From a virus: a stretch of 57,983 bases of DNA. The DNA is taken from IMG/VR virus record IMGVR_UViG_3300045988_075135; one strand, 5' to 3'. Positions within the stretch are counted from its first letter, which is position 1, and the number at the start of each line of letters is the position of its first letter. The position numbers and the translations under genes were made by a program. This document shows, in pieces, positions 1 through 8,124 of this stretch. Under the pieces are notes generated by a model. It saw nothing but the letters and a program-made list of their open reading frames with translations, ran no database searches and had not been told where the DNA came from.

Positions 1-119
1 CAACAGCGCTAACTGCGCGGACTGCCCAATTAGAAAAGTAAAAGACAAAGCTTGCTTAATAAGTTTTATTAAAGAGTACGAAATTGAGAAGGTAGCAGAG
101 CAATTGGAAGTGATGTACG
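1..119. repeat. Terminal direct repeat; identical copy at 57865..57983 (circular-contig overlap or short terminal redundancy)
   Basis: nt 1-119 match nt 57865-57983 base for base when read by eye. A gene reads straight through the junction. Confidence 0.95.
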
Positions 120-316
120 AATGGGTAAAAGAACACCCGACAAAAACGTATAAGACGTATAAGGACGTTTTCCTCGAAAGACTTCCAAATGCAAGGACGG
201 GCGAAGCTGGAAGGCCGTTAGCATGTCGCGATGTAGTATTTGGCATAGTAAAACGTTGTACTAAGAGCTGTAGAGAGTGCTGGAACGAGCCGTACAAGGA
301 GGGAGGGCATGAATAA
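2..316 (+). CDS. Cys-rich hypothetical protein, C-terminal part of the gene that starts at 57827 and runs through the repeated end (~118 aa total)
   Basis: The frame continues from ATG 57827: MTETIYEMSKRMC|NSANCADCPIRK...CTKSCRECWNEPYKEGGHE*. Track ORF 104..316 is its 3' part. Several CxxC pairs; no family recognised. Confidence 0.5.
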   Translation, partial: NSANCADCPIRKVKDKACLISFIKEYEIEKVAEQLEVMYEWVKEHPTKTYKTYKDVFLERLPNARTGEAGRPLACRDVVFGIVKRCTKSCRECWNEPYKEGGHE

Positions 317-797
317 AGTAATTCTGATAGGCAACCTTACCCGTGACCCGGAAACGCGCACCACGACCAGCGGCATAACCTGCTGCGCGTTCTCCATCGC
401 GGTGAACCGTCGCCGCACAAACGCCGATGGCAATCATGACGTTGATTATTTCAACATTACCGCATGGCAGCAGCTCGGCGAGCTGTGCCAGAAGTACCTT
501 GCCAAGGGGCGTAAAGTCTGCGTCGAGGGTTCGATTCAGATACGCACCTATGATGCGCAGGACGGCTCCAAGCGCACGGCTGTTGACGTCATTGCCGACA
601 GTGTGGAGTTTTTATCGCTGCAAAACGCGGGCGGCACCCCGGCGACCTCGGCAGCGCCTACGCACGCTTCGGCAGCGTATGGGCATCGGCGGATGTCTGA
701 CATGCCCGGCAGCAGTGGGAGCGGCGCGGTTGCACCGCCTGCATTTTCCGCGGCGAACGGTTTTACCGAAGTGAACGACGACGAACTGCCATTCTAG
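309..797 (+). CDS. ssb: Single-stranded DNA-binding protein
   Basis: OB-fold SSB N-terminus MNKVILIGNLTRDPETR...FNITAWQQLGE. Gly/Ala/Pro-rich linker and acidic tail DDELPF. Confidence 0.95.
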   Translation: MNKVILIGNLTRDPETRTTTSGITCCAFSIAVNRRRTNADGNHDVDYFNITAWQQLGELCQKYLAKGRKVCVEGSIQIRTYDAQDGSKRTAVDVIADSVEFLSLQNAGGTPATSAAPTHASAAYGHRRMSDMPGSSGSGAVAPPAFSAANGFTEVNDDELPF

Positions 798-824
798 CAG
801 ATTATCAAAACGGGAGGAACGTAC

Positions 825-1241
825 ATGGAACGAGAAGATTTATATAAACTCCGCGGAGGGCTGAAGAACATCGCTCATCTGCGGGAGGAAATCGCGGCGC
901 TGGAATCGCGGAGGCTATCCCCCCGCATTACAGCATACGGCTCAGAGCGTGTGCAGTCCTCCAGCCGGGGCGACATTATGCCTGAACAGGCGGCGCAAAT
1001 GGATGCGCTGATAGCGCGGTATCGAGCCGAGCTTAACGGCACGCTCGCCCTGCAAGCCGAGTTTGAGCGCATGATTGAGCAGCTCAATCCGCTGGAAAAG
1101 CGTATCATGCGTTACTACTACATAGACGGCATGATCTGGGAGCAGATATGGCAGGAGACCAACTACTCGACGCGGCACCTGCTGCGCCTGCACCGCGGGA
1201 TTATGGACAAGCTGTTCCCGTCCGAGCAGAAAACCGGCTGA
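825..1241 (+). CDS. Putative late-gene transcriptional regulator (sigma-70 region-4-like / RinA-ArpU-like HTH)
   Basis: The C-terminal LNPLEKRIMRYYYIDGMIWEQIWQETNYSTRHLLRLHRGIMDKL resembles a sigma region-4 HTH. Located just upstream of the packaging genes. Confidence 0.5.
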   Translation: MEREDLYKLRGGLKNIAHLREEIAALESRRLSPRITAYGSERVQSSSRGDIMPEQAAQMDALIARYRAELNGTLALQAEFERMIEQLNPLEKRIMRYYYIDGMIWEQIWQETNYSTRHLLRLHRGIMDKLFPSEQKTG

Positions 1242-1313
1242 AAATCGGGAAAAGCGCAAACATGTCATACCATGTCACCCTGTTCCCGTTGTATAATGTA
1301 ATCAGTTAAAAAA

Positions 1314-1349
1314 GCGCGAGCGTCTGGCCGATTGGCCGGGCGCTTTTTT
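1314..1349 (+). terminator. Putative intrinsic terminator
   Basis: GC-rich imperfect hairpin gcgcgagcgtctggcc-gatt-ggccgggcgc followed by tttttt. Confidence 0.5.
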
Positions 1350-1381
1350 CATGCGGACAAAGAGGAAATCCGAGTGAAAGA

Positions 1382-1753
1382 GTGAAACACATGGACGGAA
1401 ATCCTCAAAAGGAAAAATACACGCAAAAGCTGGACATTATCCACTACAAGCCTACCGGGAAAAAGCCGAAGCTGTCAGAACTGATTGACGAAAGGAAAAC
1501 TCATGAGCTTCTAACGGATATTATCCTTTCAAAGGTTAGCTGGGATGAACGGCGTTTTCTTATAAAAGCGACCTACCGACATCTTGCCTTTAACTATCAG
1601 AAGATTGCGGAGTATTACGCACACGCTACCAAAGAGATGCAAGAGCTTATGGAAAAGTCGGCGCTGGTTATCATTGATTACGACAACGCGATTGAGAATG
1701 GATATGCGCGATTCTCAAGGCGTATTGATGCAATGACTGATGCCGATGCGTGA
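1382..1753 (+). CDS. Hypothetical protein
   Basis: Track ORF with GTG start (alternative ATG at 1391). Overlaps the next gene by 14 nt. No family recognised. Confidence 0.5.
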   Translation: MKHMDGNPQKEKYTQKLDIIHYKPTGKKPKLSELIDERKTHELLTDIILSKVSWDERRFLIKATYRHLAFNYQKIAEYYAHATKEMQELMEKSALVIIDYDNAIENGYARFSRRIDAMTDADA

Positions 1754-2591
1754 CGATTTTGCAGTTTTCATACTCTCTCATGGTCGTCCGCACAACGTCA
1801 AGACCTACAAGACGCTGGTAAAACAGGGGTACAGCGGCAAGTGGTTTCTTGTGTTGGACAATGAGGACGAAACAATCAACGAGTACATGGATGAGTTCGG
1901 CGAGGAAAACGTAATCGTCTTTGACAAGGCAGCAATAGCCAAGACATTTGACCAAGCGGACTTATCAGACGACCGGCGCACGGTTGTATATGCGCGCAAT
2001 GCTTGCTTTGACATTGCCAAGCAATTAGGGCTGCGCTATTTTCTGGAGCTGGACGACGACTATACTGCTTTTCGTACCAGATATGAAGAAGATGGGAAGC
2101 TGAAATCGAGGCTCGTGTCCGATCTGGATTATGTGTTTGACGCAATGGTTGATTTTCTGACGGACAGTGGCGCGCTTACCGTGGCATTTTCGCAAGGCGG
2201 AGATTTCATTGGTGGACTGGGCAATGCGTTCTGGAAGAATCGGACCAAGCGCAAGGCCATGAACACGTTCTTCTGCGACGTCAACAAGCCATTCAAGTTT
2301 GTTGGACGGATAAACGAGGACGTGAACACTTACACACTTCTGGGCAATCAGGGCGAGCTTATTTTATCCGTTGCCGACGTTCAGTTCGACCAGTTGGACA
2401 CACAAAGCAATGTGGGCGGGATGAGCGATGTATATCTCGACAAAGGGACGTACCTCAAGTCATTCTATTCGGTGCTGTTCTCACCTCAATGCGTGAAGGT
2501 TATCGAAATCGGAAGGCATAAGAGGCCGCATCACCGAGTTGCATGGAATAATTGCACGCCTATGATTATGGATGAAAAGACCAAGCGATAG
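1740..2591 (+). CDS. GT-A-like glycosyltransferase (family not pinned down)
   Basis: 283 aa. Rossmann-like N-half (FAVFILSHGRP...) and a DxD-type motif RYFLELDDDYTAF. Sits between the late regulator and terS. Confidence 0.45.
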   Translation: MPMRDDFAVFILSHGRPHNVKTYKTLVKQGYSGKWFLVLDNEDETINEYMDEFGEENVIVFDKAAIAKTFDQADLSDDRRTVVYARNACFDIAKQLGLRYFLELDDDYTAFRTRYEEDGKLKSRLVSDLDYVFDAMVDFLTDSGALTVAFSQGGDFIGGLGNAFWKNRTKRKAMNTFFCDVNKPFKFVGRINEDVNTYTLLGNQGELILSVADVQFDQLDTQSNVGGMSDVYLDKGTYLKSFYSVLFSPQCVKVIEIGRHKRPHHRVAWNNCTPMIMDEKTKR

Positions 2592-2630
2592 ACGAAAAAA
2601 CCAAGCGATAAACGAAGGGAGTGTTGCAGG

Positions 2631-3077
2631 ATGGCGAAGTTGACGGCAAAGCAGCAGCGTTTCGTCGATGAATATCTTATCGACCTGAATGCGACACAGG
2701 CCGCTATTCGGGCGGGTTATACAGCAAAGTATGCCAACACAAACGCATCAAAACTACTACAAAATACTACAATTCGGGACATGATTGCAAAGCGAATGGC
2801 CGAAAAGGAAGCCGAACTCATAGCAAGCCAGGACGAGGTGCTGCGCTATCTTACCGCGGTCATGCGCGGCGAATCGCACGCCGAGGTCGTTGTGGTGGAA
2901 GGCGTGGGCGAAGGCTGCTCCGAGGCCCGCACCATGCAGAAAGCGCCGGACGAAAAGGAACGGCTCAAGGCCGCCGAGCTGTTGGGTAAACGCTATGCCC
3001 TGTTCACTGAGAAGGTCGAGACAGACACGGATATGGAGCTGAATATTCATGTGGACTATGGCGACGAAAATGGTTAG
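2631..3077 (+). CDS. terS: Terminase small subunit (P27/Terminase_2 type)
   Basis: N-terminal KLTAKQQRFVDEYLIDLNATQAAIRAGYTAKYANTNASKLLQN is the typical small-terminase HTH. Lies directly upstream of terL. Confidence 0.85.
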   Translation: MAKLTAKQQRFVDEYLIDLNATQAAIRAGYTAKYANTNASKLLQNTTIRDMIAKRMAEKEAELIASQDEVLRYLTAVMRGESHAEVVVVEGVGEGCSEARTMQKAPDEKERLKAAELLGKRYALFTEKVETDTDMELNIHVDYGDENG

Positions 3078-3219
3078 AAAGCTTATCCATAAAATCAGGA
3101 AGCATAGATTTTGCAAAAACAACGGCTATCGCTGCCCTGAATGTATTTACCACGAGTTTGTTTTTAATGGGATCATGTTCCGTGGAATCAGATGCCTGTA
3201 TAGGGATGGTGCTGAATGA
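3070..3219 (+). CDS. Small Cys-containing ORF (49 aa), possibly zinc-ribbon
   Basis: ATG at 3070. The stop at 3217-3219 forms ATGA with the terL start. Sequence MVRKLIHKIRKHRFCKNNGYRCPECIYHEF.... Below the track cutoff; supported only by its coupled position. Confidence 0.35.
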   Translation: MVRKLIHKIRKHRFCKNNGYRCPECIYHEFVFNGIMFRGIRCLYRDGAE

Positions 3220-4466
3220 ACCTCAATGTACAGGCAAACCCTTGCTTCCGCGAGGTAGACCATTCTCATAAGCGCTATATCGTCATGAAAGGCAGCGCGG
3301 GCAGCGGCAAGAGCGTTGACACGGCTCAGAACTACATACTGCGGCTGATGCGGGACAAGGGGCGCAATCTGGTTGCCATGCGCAAGTCGGACATAACGAA
3401 CCGCGACAGCACCTTTGCCGAGCTGACCGGCGCGGTGTATCGGATGTTCGGCAGCAATGCCGAGCGGTACTGGCGCATAACGCAGTCGCCGCTCTCCCTC
3501 ACCTGCCTGCATAACGGCAACAAGATTATTTTCCGCGGTGCCAACGACGATAAGCAGCGTGAGAAGCTCAAGTCCATTACCTTCCAGCGCGGCAAGCTGA
3601 CAGACGTATGGCTGGAAGAAGCGACCGAGTTTACGCAGGCTGACCTTGAAATCATAGACGACCGTCTGCGCGGCGACTTGCCCGAAGGCCAGTTCTATCA
3701 GATACGCATGACCTTCAACCCGGTTTCGGCGACGCACTGGATAAAGAAGATTTTCTTCGACATACCCGACCCGAACGTGCTCACCCACCACTCGACCTAC
3801 CTGATGAACCGGTTCGTCGATGACGCTTACAGGGCACGCATGGAGCGCAGGAAGCTGGTAGACCCAGAGGGCTATCGCATATACGGCCTCGGCGAATGGG
3901 GCGAAATCGGCGGCCTGATCTTGCATAACTGGGAAGTAAAGGACATATCGCAGAGCCTTAATGACTATGACGACATCTCCCTTGGCATGGACTTCGGTTT
4001 CAACCACGCCACGGCCATTCTGCTACTGGGGATTAAGGACGACGATATATATGTGCTCGACGAGGTTTACGAGCACGAGAAGGACACCAACGAGATAATT
4101 GAAATCGCCTTAAAGAAGGGCATTCCGACGAACCGCATTATCTGGTGCGACAGCGCTGAGCCTGACCGCATTCTCATGATGCAAAAGGCGGGCTTTCGCA
4201 AGGCGCTGGCCGTAAACAAGGGCGGCTCTGCGGGGTCTGTAAAGGCTCAAATAGACTGGCTCAAGCAGCACCGGATATACGTCCATCCCCACTGCGTGAA
4301 TGTGATAAAAGAGATGCAGCAATGGAAATGGAAAAAGGACGAGCAGAGCGGCGAGTATCTGGACGAGCCCGTGCCGGTCATGGACGACGCTATGGCCGCG
4401 CTGCGGTATGGCGTGGAGAGCTGGCGCAAGGCCAACACCGCGGTTAAGGCGGCGAGGAGGATTTAG
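3216..4466 (+). CDS. terL: Terminase large subunit (PBSX/Terminase_3 type)
   Basis: Walker A MKGSAGSGKS. 416 aa with an ATPase plus a C-terminal nuclease-like half. Canonical position. Confidence 0.95.
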   Translation: MNLNVQANPCFREVDHSHKRYIVMKGSAGSGKSVDTAQNYILRLMRDKGRNLVAMRKSDITNRDSTFAELTGAVYRMFGSNAERYWRITQSPLSLTCLHNGNKIIFRGANDDKQREKLKSITFQRGKLTDVWLEEATEFTQADLEIIDDRLRGDLPEGQFYQIRMTFNPVSATHWIKKIFFDIPDPNVLTHHSTYLMNRFVDDAYRARMERRKLVDPEGYRIYGLGEWGEIGGLILHNWEVKDISQSLNDYDDISLGMDFGFNHATAILLLGIKDDDIYVLDEVYEHEKDTNEIIEIALKKGIPTNRIIWCDSAEPDRILMMQKAGFRKALAVNKGGSAGSVKAQIDWLKQHRIYVHPHCVNVIKEMQQWKWKKDEQSGEYLDEPVPVMDDAMAALRYGVESWRKANTAVKAARRI

Positions 4467-4607
4467 ATGTGCAGGCATATATGGAAAACGATTAACGACG
4501 TGCGCGTCTGCCAGCGCTGCGGGCTGACTGTGCGGCTGCTGGACGGCGCTGTACTGTTCGACCGCAAGCTCCCCGACGTGAAGAAGGGTGGCGGGAAGCG
4601 TGATTAA
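4467..4607 (+). CDS. Small ORF (46 aa) with a CQRC motif
   Basis: The ATG immediately follows the terL stop. Overlaps the annotated portal start. Weak evidence. Confidence 0.3.
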   Translation: MCRHIWKTINDVRVCQRCGLTVRLLDGAVLFDRKLPDVKKGGGKRD

Positions 4608-6078
4608 GGACGAACAGAATATACGGCATAAGTCGCAAAAGTACCCCGATTTCACTGCCGAGATAGAGGCCATTGAAAAGGGCGGTATTACCGACAAGCT
4701 GCTCAACCGCATAATCAAGAAGCACAAGAAGAACGCCGATTATAATAGGAGCCTGATAGATCGGTATGAAGCGTTGGCCGAGCATGTGCCGATTTTCAAC
4801 CGTGAGCCGCGCTTTACCGATGGCGACAAGACAGACATCATCAATCACACGATTAACAACGACTTCTTTTCCGAAATCGTGGATTTCAAAACCGGCTATT
4901 TCGCGGGCAACCCTATCGCCTACTCATACGCTGATACGCACGAGGCGATGGAGACAACTGGCGACGCGGGCGACAGCTATGAAGAAATGCACGCGGCCCG
5001 CGAACAGGCGGCCAAGGCGATTACAGATTTCACCACGCGCACGAATATTTATGATTGCGACATGGAATGCACCAAGTATGCGGCGATATGCGGCTACTGC
5101 GGGAGGCTGTTCTACATCGACCCGGACGGCGACGAGCGCGTGATGGTCGTGCCCCCTAACGAGACTATCATACTATCAAAGACGCGCGACATTACTCAGC
5201 CCACCTACGGGCTGCGCTATTACGTCGTTACGGACATAAACGACACCCAGATAGTCAAGGCCGAGTTCTACGACGACGAGTATATCTACTACGCCGAGGG
5301 CTTTAAGGGCGACTTGCACATTATCGGGTGGCAGACTAACCTTTTCGGCTGCTGCCCGCTGCAAGGCATACCCAACAACCGCGAGATGATGGGCGACGCC
5401 GAGAAGGTGCTGGAGCTGATTGACGCCTACGACCGGGCGCTGTCGGACGCCAACAACGAGATTGACAGCTTTGCCAATGCGTATATGGTGTTCGAGAACG
5501 TAAGTCTGAGTGATGACGAGTTCCGCAAGGCGCAGGCCAGCGGTGCCTTCCAGTTCTTCACCGGCGGCACTGACGGCAAGGTGTATTTCCTCACAAAGGA
5601 CATTAACGACGGATTCATCGAGCACCATCTGGACCGGCTTCAGGAAAACATTTACCGCTTCTCCAAGACGCCCGACATGAGCGATGAGGTATTCGGCACT
5701 GCGAGCGGCATAAGCCTTAAATTCAAGCTGACGGGGCTGGAGACGAAGTGCGGCATGTTCGAGGCCAAGATGATTTCGGCAGGCGCGTACATGTTCAAGT
5801 TGCTGGCGAATATATGGGCCAAGAAACAGATCAAGATTGACCCGCTCCAGTGCGTGATGAGCTTTAAGCGCAACTTCCCTCTCGACCTGCTGAGCGAGGC
5901 ACAGGCAACGCAGCAGCTTATTGCGGCCGGGCTGCCCAAGCGTGTGGCATATGAGATTGCCCTGTCATGTGTGGACGACGTCGAGTATGTAATGCAGCAG
6001 ATCGAAGAAGAGAAGGACAGCATACAGGTCCCTCCCCTTACTGATGATGACGAGGACGACAAGGAGGAGCAGACTTGA
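4588..6078 (+). CDS. Portal protein (SPP1 gp6-like)
   Basis: 496 aa directly after terL. Portal-like sequence with an acidic C-terminus (LTDDDEDDKEEQT). The start could be GTG 4588 or GTG 4600. Confidence 0.9.
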   Translation: MAGSVIKDEQNIRHKSQKYPDFTAEIEAIEKGGITDKLLNRIIKKHKKNADYNRSLIDRYEALAEHVPIFNREPRFTDGDKTDIINHTINNDFFSEIVDFKTGYFAGNPIAYSYADTHEAMETTGDAGDSYEEMHAAREQAAKAITDFTTRTNIYDCDMECTKYAAICGYCGRLFYIDPDGDERVMVVPPNETIILSKTRDITQPTYGLRYYVVTDINDTQIVKAEFYDDEYIYYAEGFKGDLHIIGWQTNLFGCCPLQGIPNNREMMGDAEKVLELIDAYDRALSDANNEIDSFANAYMVFENVSLSDDEFRKAQASGAFQFFTGGTDGKVYFLTKDINDGFIEHHLDRLQENIYRFSKTPDMSDEVFGTASGISLKFKLTGLETKCGMFEAKMISAGAYMFKLLANIWAKKQIKIDPLQCVMSFKRNFPLDLLSEAQATQQLIAAGLPKRVAYEIALSCVDDVEYVMQQIEEEKDSIQVPPLTDDDEDDKEEQT

Positions 6079-6221
6079 ATCTTGATGTACTTGTAATCCT
6101 TGAAAAAGATGGAGCGGTCATCAATCGCTTTGGGGGAAGCAGTGAAGGGCTAACCCCGCCAGCAGAAGATAAAATAGCAATCCTTGATCAGGCTATCCTA
6201 GACATGTCTGTGCTGGCATAA
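6075..6221 (+). CDS. Small ORF (48 aa), hypothetical
   Basis: AAGGAGGAG lies 6 nt upstream of TTG 6075. Overlaps the portal stop and ends 10 nt before the next gene. No homology recognised. Confidence 0.3.
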   Translation: MNLDVLVILEKDGAVINRFGGSSEGLTPPAEDKIAILDQAILDMSVLA

Positions 6222-6231
6222 GGAGGCTAAT

Positions 6232-8112
6232 ATGGCATACAAAAAGCAAAACTTCGCGCGAGGGCAAACGCTGTATGCGTCGCAGTTGAACGCGATGGAT
6301 GGACAGATTGCCGCGAACGAGGCGGCGATTAAAGAGAACAAGCGGGCGATTGAAGCACTTCCGTCTGGCGGCGGGACAACGCTGACGGGGGCACAGGCCA
6401 CGACGCTCGACGCAGGTAGTGCGGCCACAGCGGAAATAGTCGACACGGTTGACGGTAAGGTGCTGAAAATAGGCGTGCCGCGCGGCGAGAAGGGTGAGCG
6501 CGGTGAAACCGGCACGCAAGGCCCACGCGGTGAACAAGGCCCACGCGGCGAACAGGGTGAGCAGGGCATTCAGGGCGTGCAGGGTGAAAAGGGTGAAAAG
6601 GGCGACACGGGCGCAACCGGCCCGGCTGGCCCCACTGGCCCGCAAGGCCCGAAAGGTGAGAAAGGCGATAAGGGCGATACCGGCCCGCAAGGCGCTCAGG
6701 CGAACGTTGATACGACGCTTACGGTAAGCGGCGCGGCGGCGGATGCTAAGGTTGTAGGCGATAAATTGGCGGTGCTGGACGCGCAGGTGGGGGCTATTCA
6801 GCCCGGACTTACGCAGACCGAGAAAAGCGCATTGCTTACCCTGCTGGGCGCGGCGGCATACGGCAGCGATGATATGGCCGCAACGTATGCGTCGCTTAAA
6901 GCCCTATGGGAGGGCGGCGACGTGCCGGTAATGGCGGTCAACGTAACGCCCACAACACTGAACATGACGATGGGCGGCACGGCGACGCTAAAGGCCACGG
7001 TAATACCCGGCACGGCAACCGATAAGACGGTATCGTGGAGCGTCAGCCCCACGGGCATAGTGAACGTAAACGGCGGCAATGTAGAGGCTATAAGCGTGGG
7101 CGAGTGCGTGATTACCGCGACGGCGGGCGGTGTATCGGGTACGTGCACAGTAAGCGTACAGGCGGCGGCGATACCGGCGACTAAGGTTACGCTGAACAAG
7201 AATACGATGACGCTCAACACGGGCGATGTGGAGACGCTGACGGCGACGGTAACGCCCACCAACTCAACCGATGCGGTGGTATGGACGGCCAGCCCGGACG
7301 GCATTGTAAGCGTAACGGGCGGCGTTGTAGAGGCGCTAAAGGCGGGCAACTGCACAATCACGGCCACAGCGGGCAGCAAGTCGGCGACGTGCGCAGTGAC
7401 GGTCAAGGCAAAGGTCGTTGCGGTACAGTCGGTCACGCTGAACAAAAATGCGCTGACGCTGGCCGTGGGCAAGAGTGAGACGCTGACGGCCACTGTACTG
7501 CCCGCGAACTCAACCGACAGAACGGTGGTATGGAGCGTAAGCCCGAGCGGATTTGCAACCGTTACGGGCGGCGTGGTCAAGGCAACGGCGGCAGGAAACT
7601 GTACGGTTACGGCGACGTGCGGCGGGATGAGTGCGAGCTGTACGGTTACGGTGGAGGCGGCGAGCAGCGAACTAAAGGTAGACTCCATCGACAACGACGG
7701 CCTGTCCCGCTTGTGGTCAACCAATACGCCGCTATGCAAGTCAATATACGTGCCGTTTACGATCAAAAAGACGTTTACGCTAAAGCGGCTGGAATTTGAA
7801 ATGCGCACAACTGCCGCCGCAAGCGTTGACTTTAACGTGTACTGCAAGACCGATTCCAAGGACGTAGGCACGGCCAAGGTATCGCTGGGTTCGGGCGACG
7901 TAAGCGTCGTCGTCGATTACGGCAGCGGCATTAAAATGGAGGCCGCCAAAGAATATCAAATCTGGATAAACACCGCCAATCAGGTAATGTGCTATCCCAA
8001 CTTTGCGGGCTATACCGAATCCAACAACGAATACTTTTCGACCGAGGGCAGCGAATACCGATGGAACAACTCCGGCATACGCTACATCGGCTACGTCATA
8101 CTCGTACCCTAA
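6232..8112 (+). CDS. Collagen-like triple-helix repeat protein with three Big_2 (bacterial Ig-like) domains; putative fibre
   Basis: Uninterrupted G-X-Y run GEKGERGETGTQGPRGEQGPRGEQGEQGIQGVQGEKGEKGDTGATGPAGPTGPQGPKGEKGDKGDTGPQG. This is followed by 3 repeats of VTLNKN..TL..G..ETLTATV.P.NSTD..V.W..SP.G...VTGG.V.A...GNCT.TAT. Unique C-terminal domain. Confidence 0.85.
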   Translation: MAYKKQNFARGQTLYASQLNAMDGQIAANEAAIKENKRAIEALPSGGGTTLTGAQATTLDAGSAATAEIVDTVDGKVLKIGVPRGEKGERGETGTQGPRGEQGPRGEQGEQGIQGVQGEKGEKGDTGATGPAGPTGPQGPKGEKGDKGDTGPQGAQANVDTTLTVSGAAADAKVVGDKLAVLDAQVGAIQPGLTQTEKSALLTLLGAAAYGSDDMAATYASLKALWEGGDVPVMAVNVTPTTLNMTMGGTATLKATVIPGTATDKTVSWSVSPTGIVNVNGGNVEAISVGECVITATAGGVSGTCTVSVQAAAIPATKVTLNKNTMTLNTGDVETLTATVTPTNSTDAVVWTASPDGIVSVTGGVVEALKAGNCTITATAGSKSATCAVTVKAKVVAVQSVTLNKNALTLAVGKSETLTATVLPANSTDRTVVWSVSPSGFATVTGGVVKATAAGNCTVTATCGGMSASCTVTVEAASSELKVDSIDNDGLSRLWSTNTPLCKSIYVPFTIKKTFTLKRLEFEMRTTAAASVDFNVYCKTDSKDVGTAKVSLGSGDVSVVVDYGSGIKMEAAKEYQIWINTANQVMCYPNFAGYTESNNEYFSTEGSEYRWNNSGIRYIGYVILVP

Positions 8113-8124
8113 AGGAGAGGCGGC

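Noticed and set aside
2575-2614. 20-bp near-tandem duplication (gaaaagaccaagcgatagac / gaaaaaaccaagcgataaac) at the 3' end of the GT-like gene.
   Set aside because: This is probably a trivial slippage duplication. The second unit lies after the stop codon and creates no extended frame.
6470-6700. Periodic DNA in the collagen-like segment and the HxH fibre (13700-14250), considered as a possible CRISPR array or noncoding tandem repeat.
   Set aside because: The periodicity is 9-nt (G-X-Y) or ~45-60-nt in-frame protein repeats inside long ORFs. There is no repeat-spacer structure and no cas genes.
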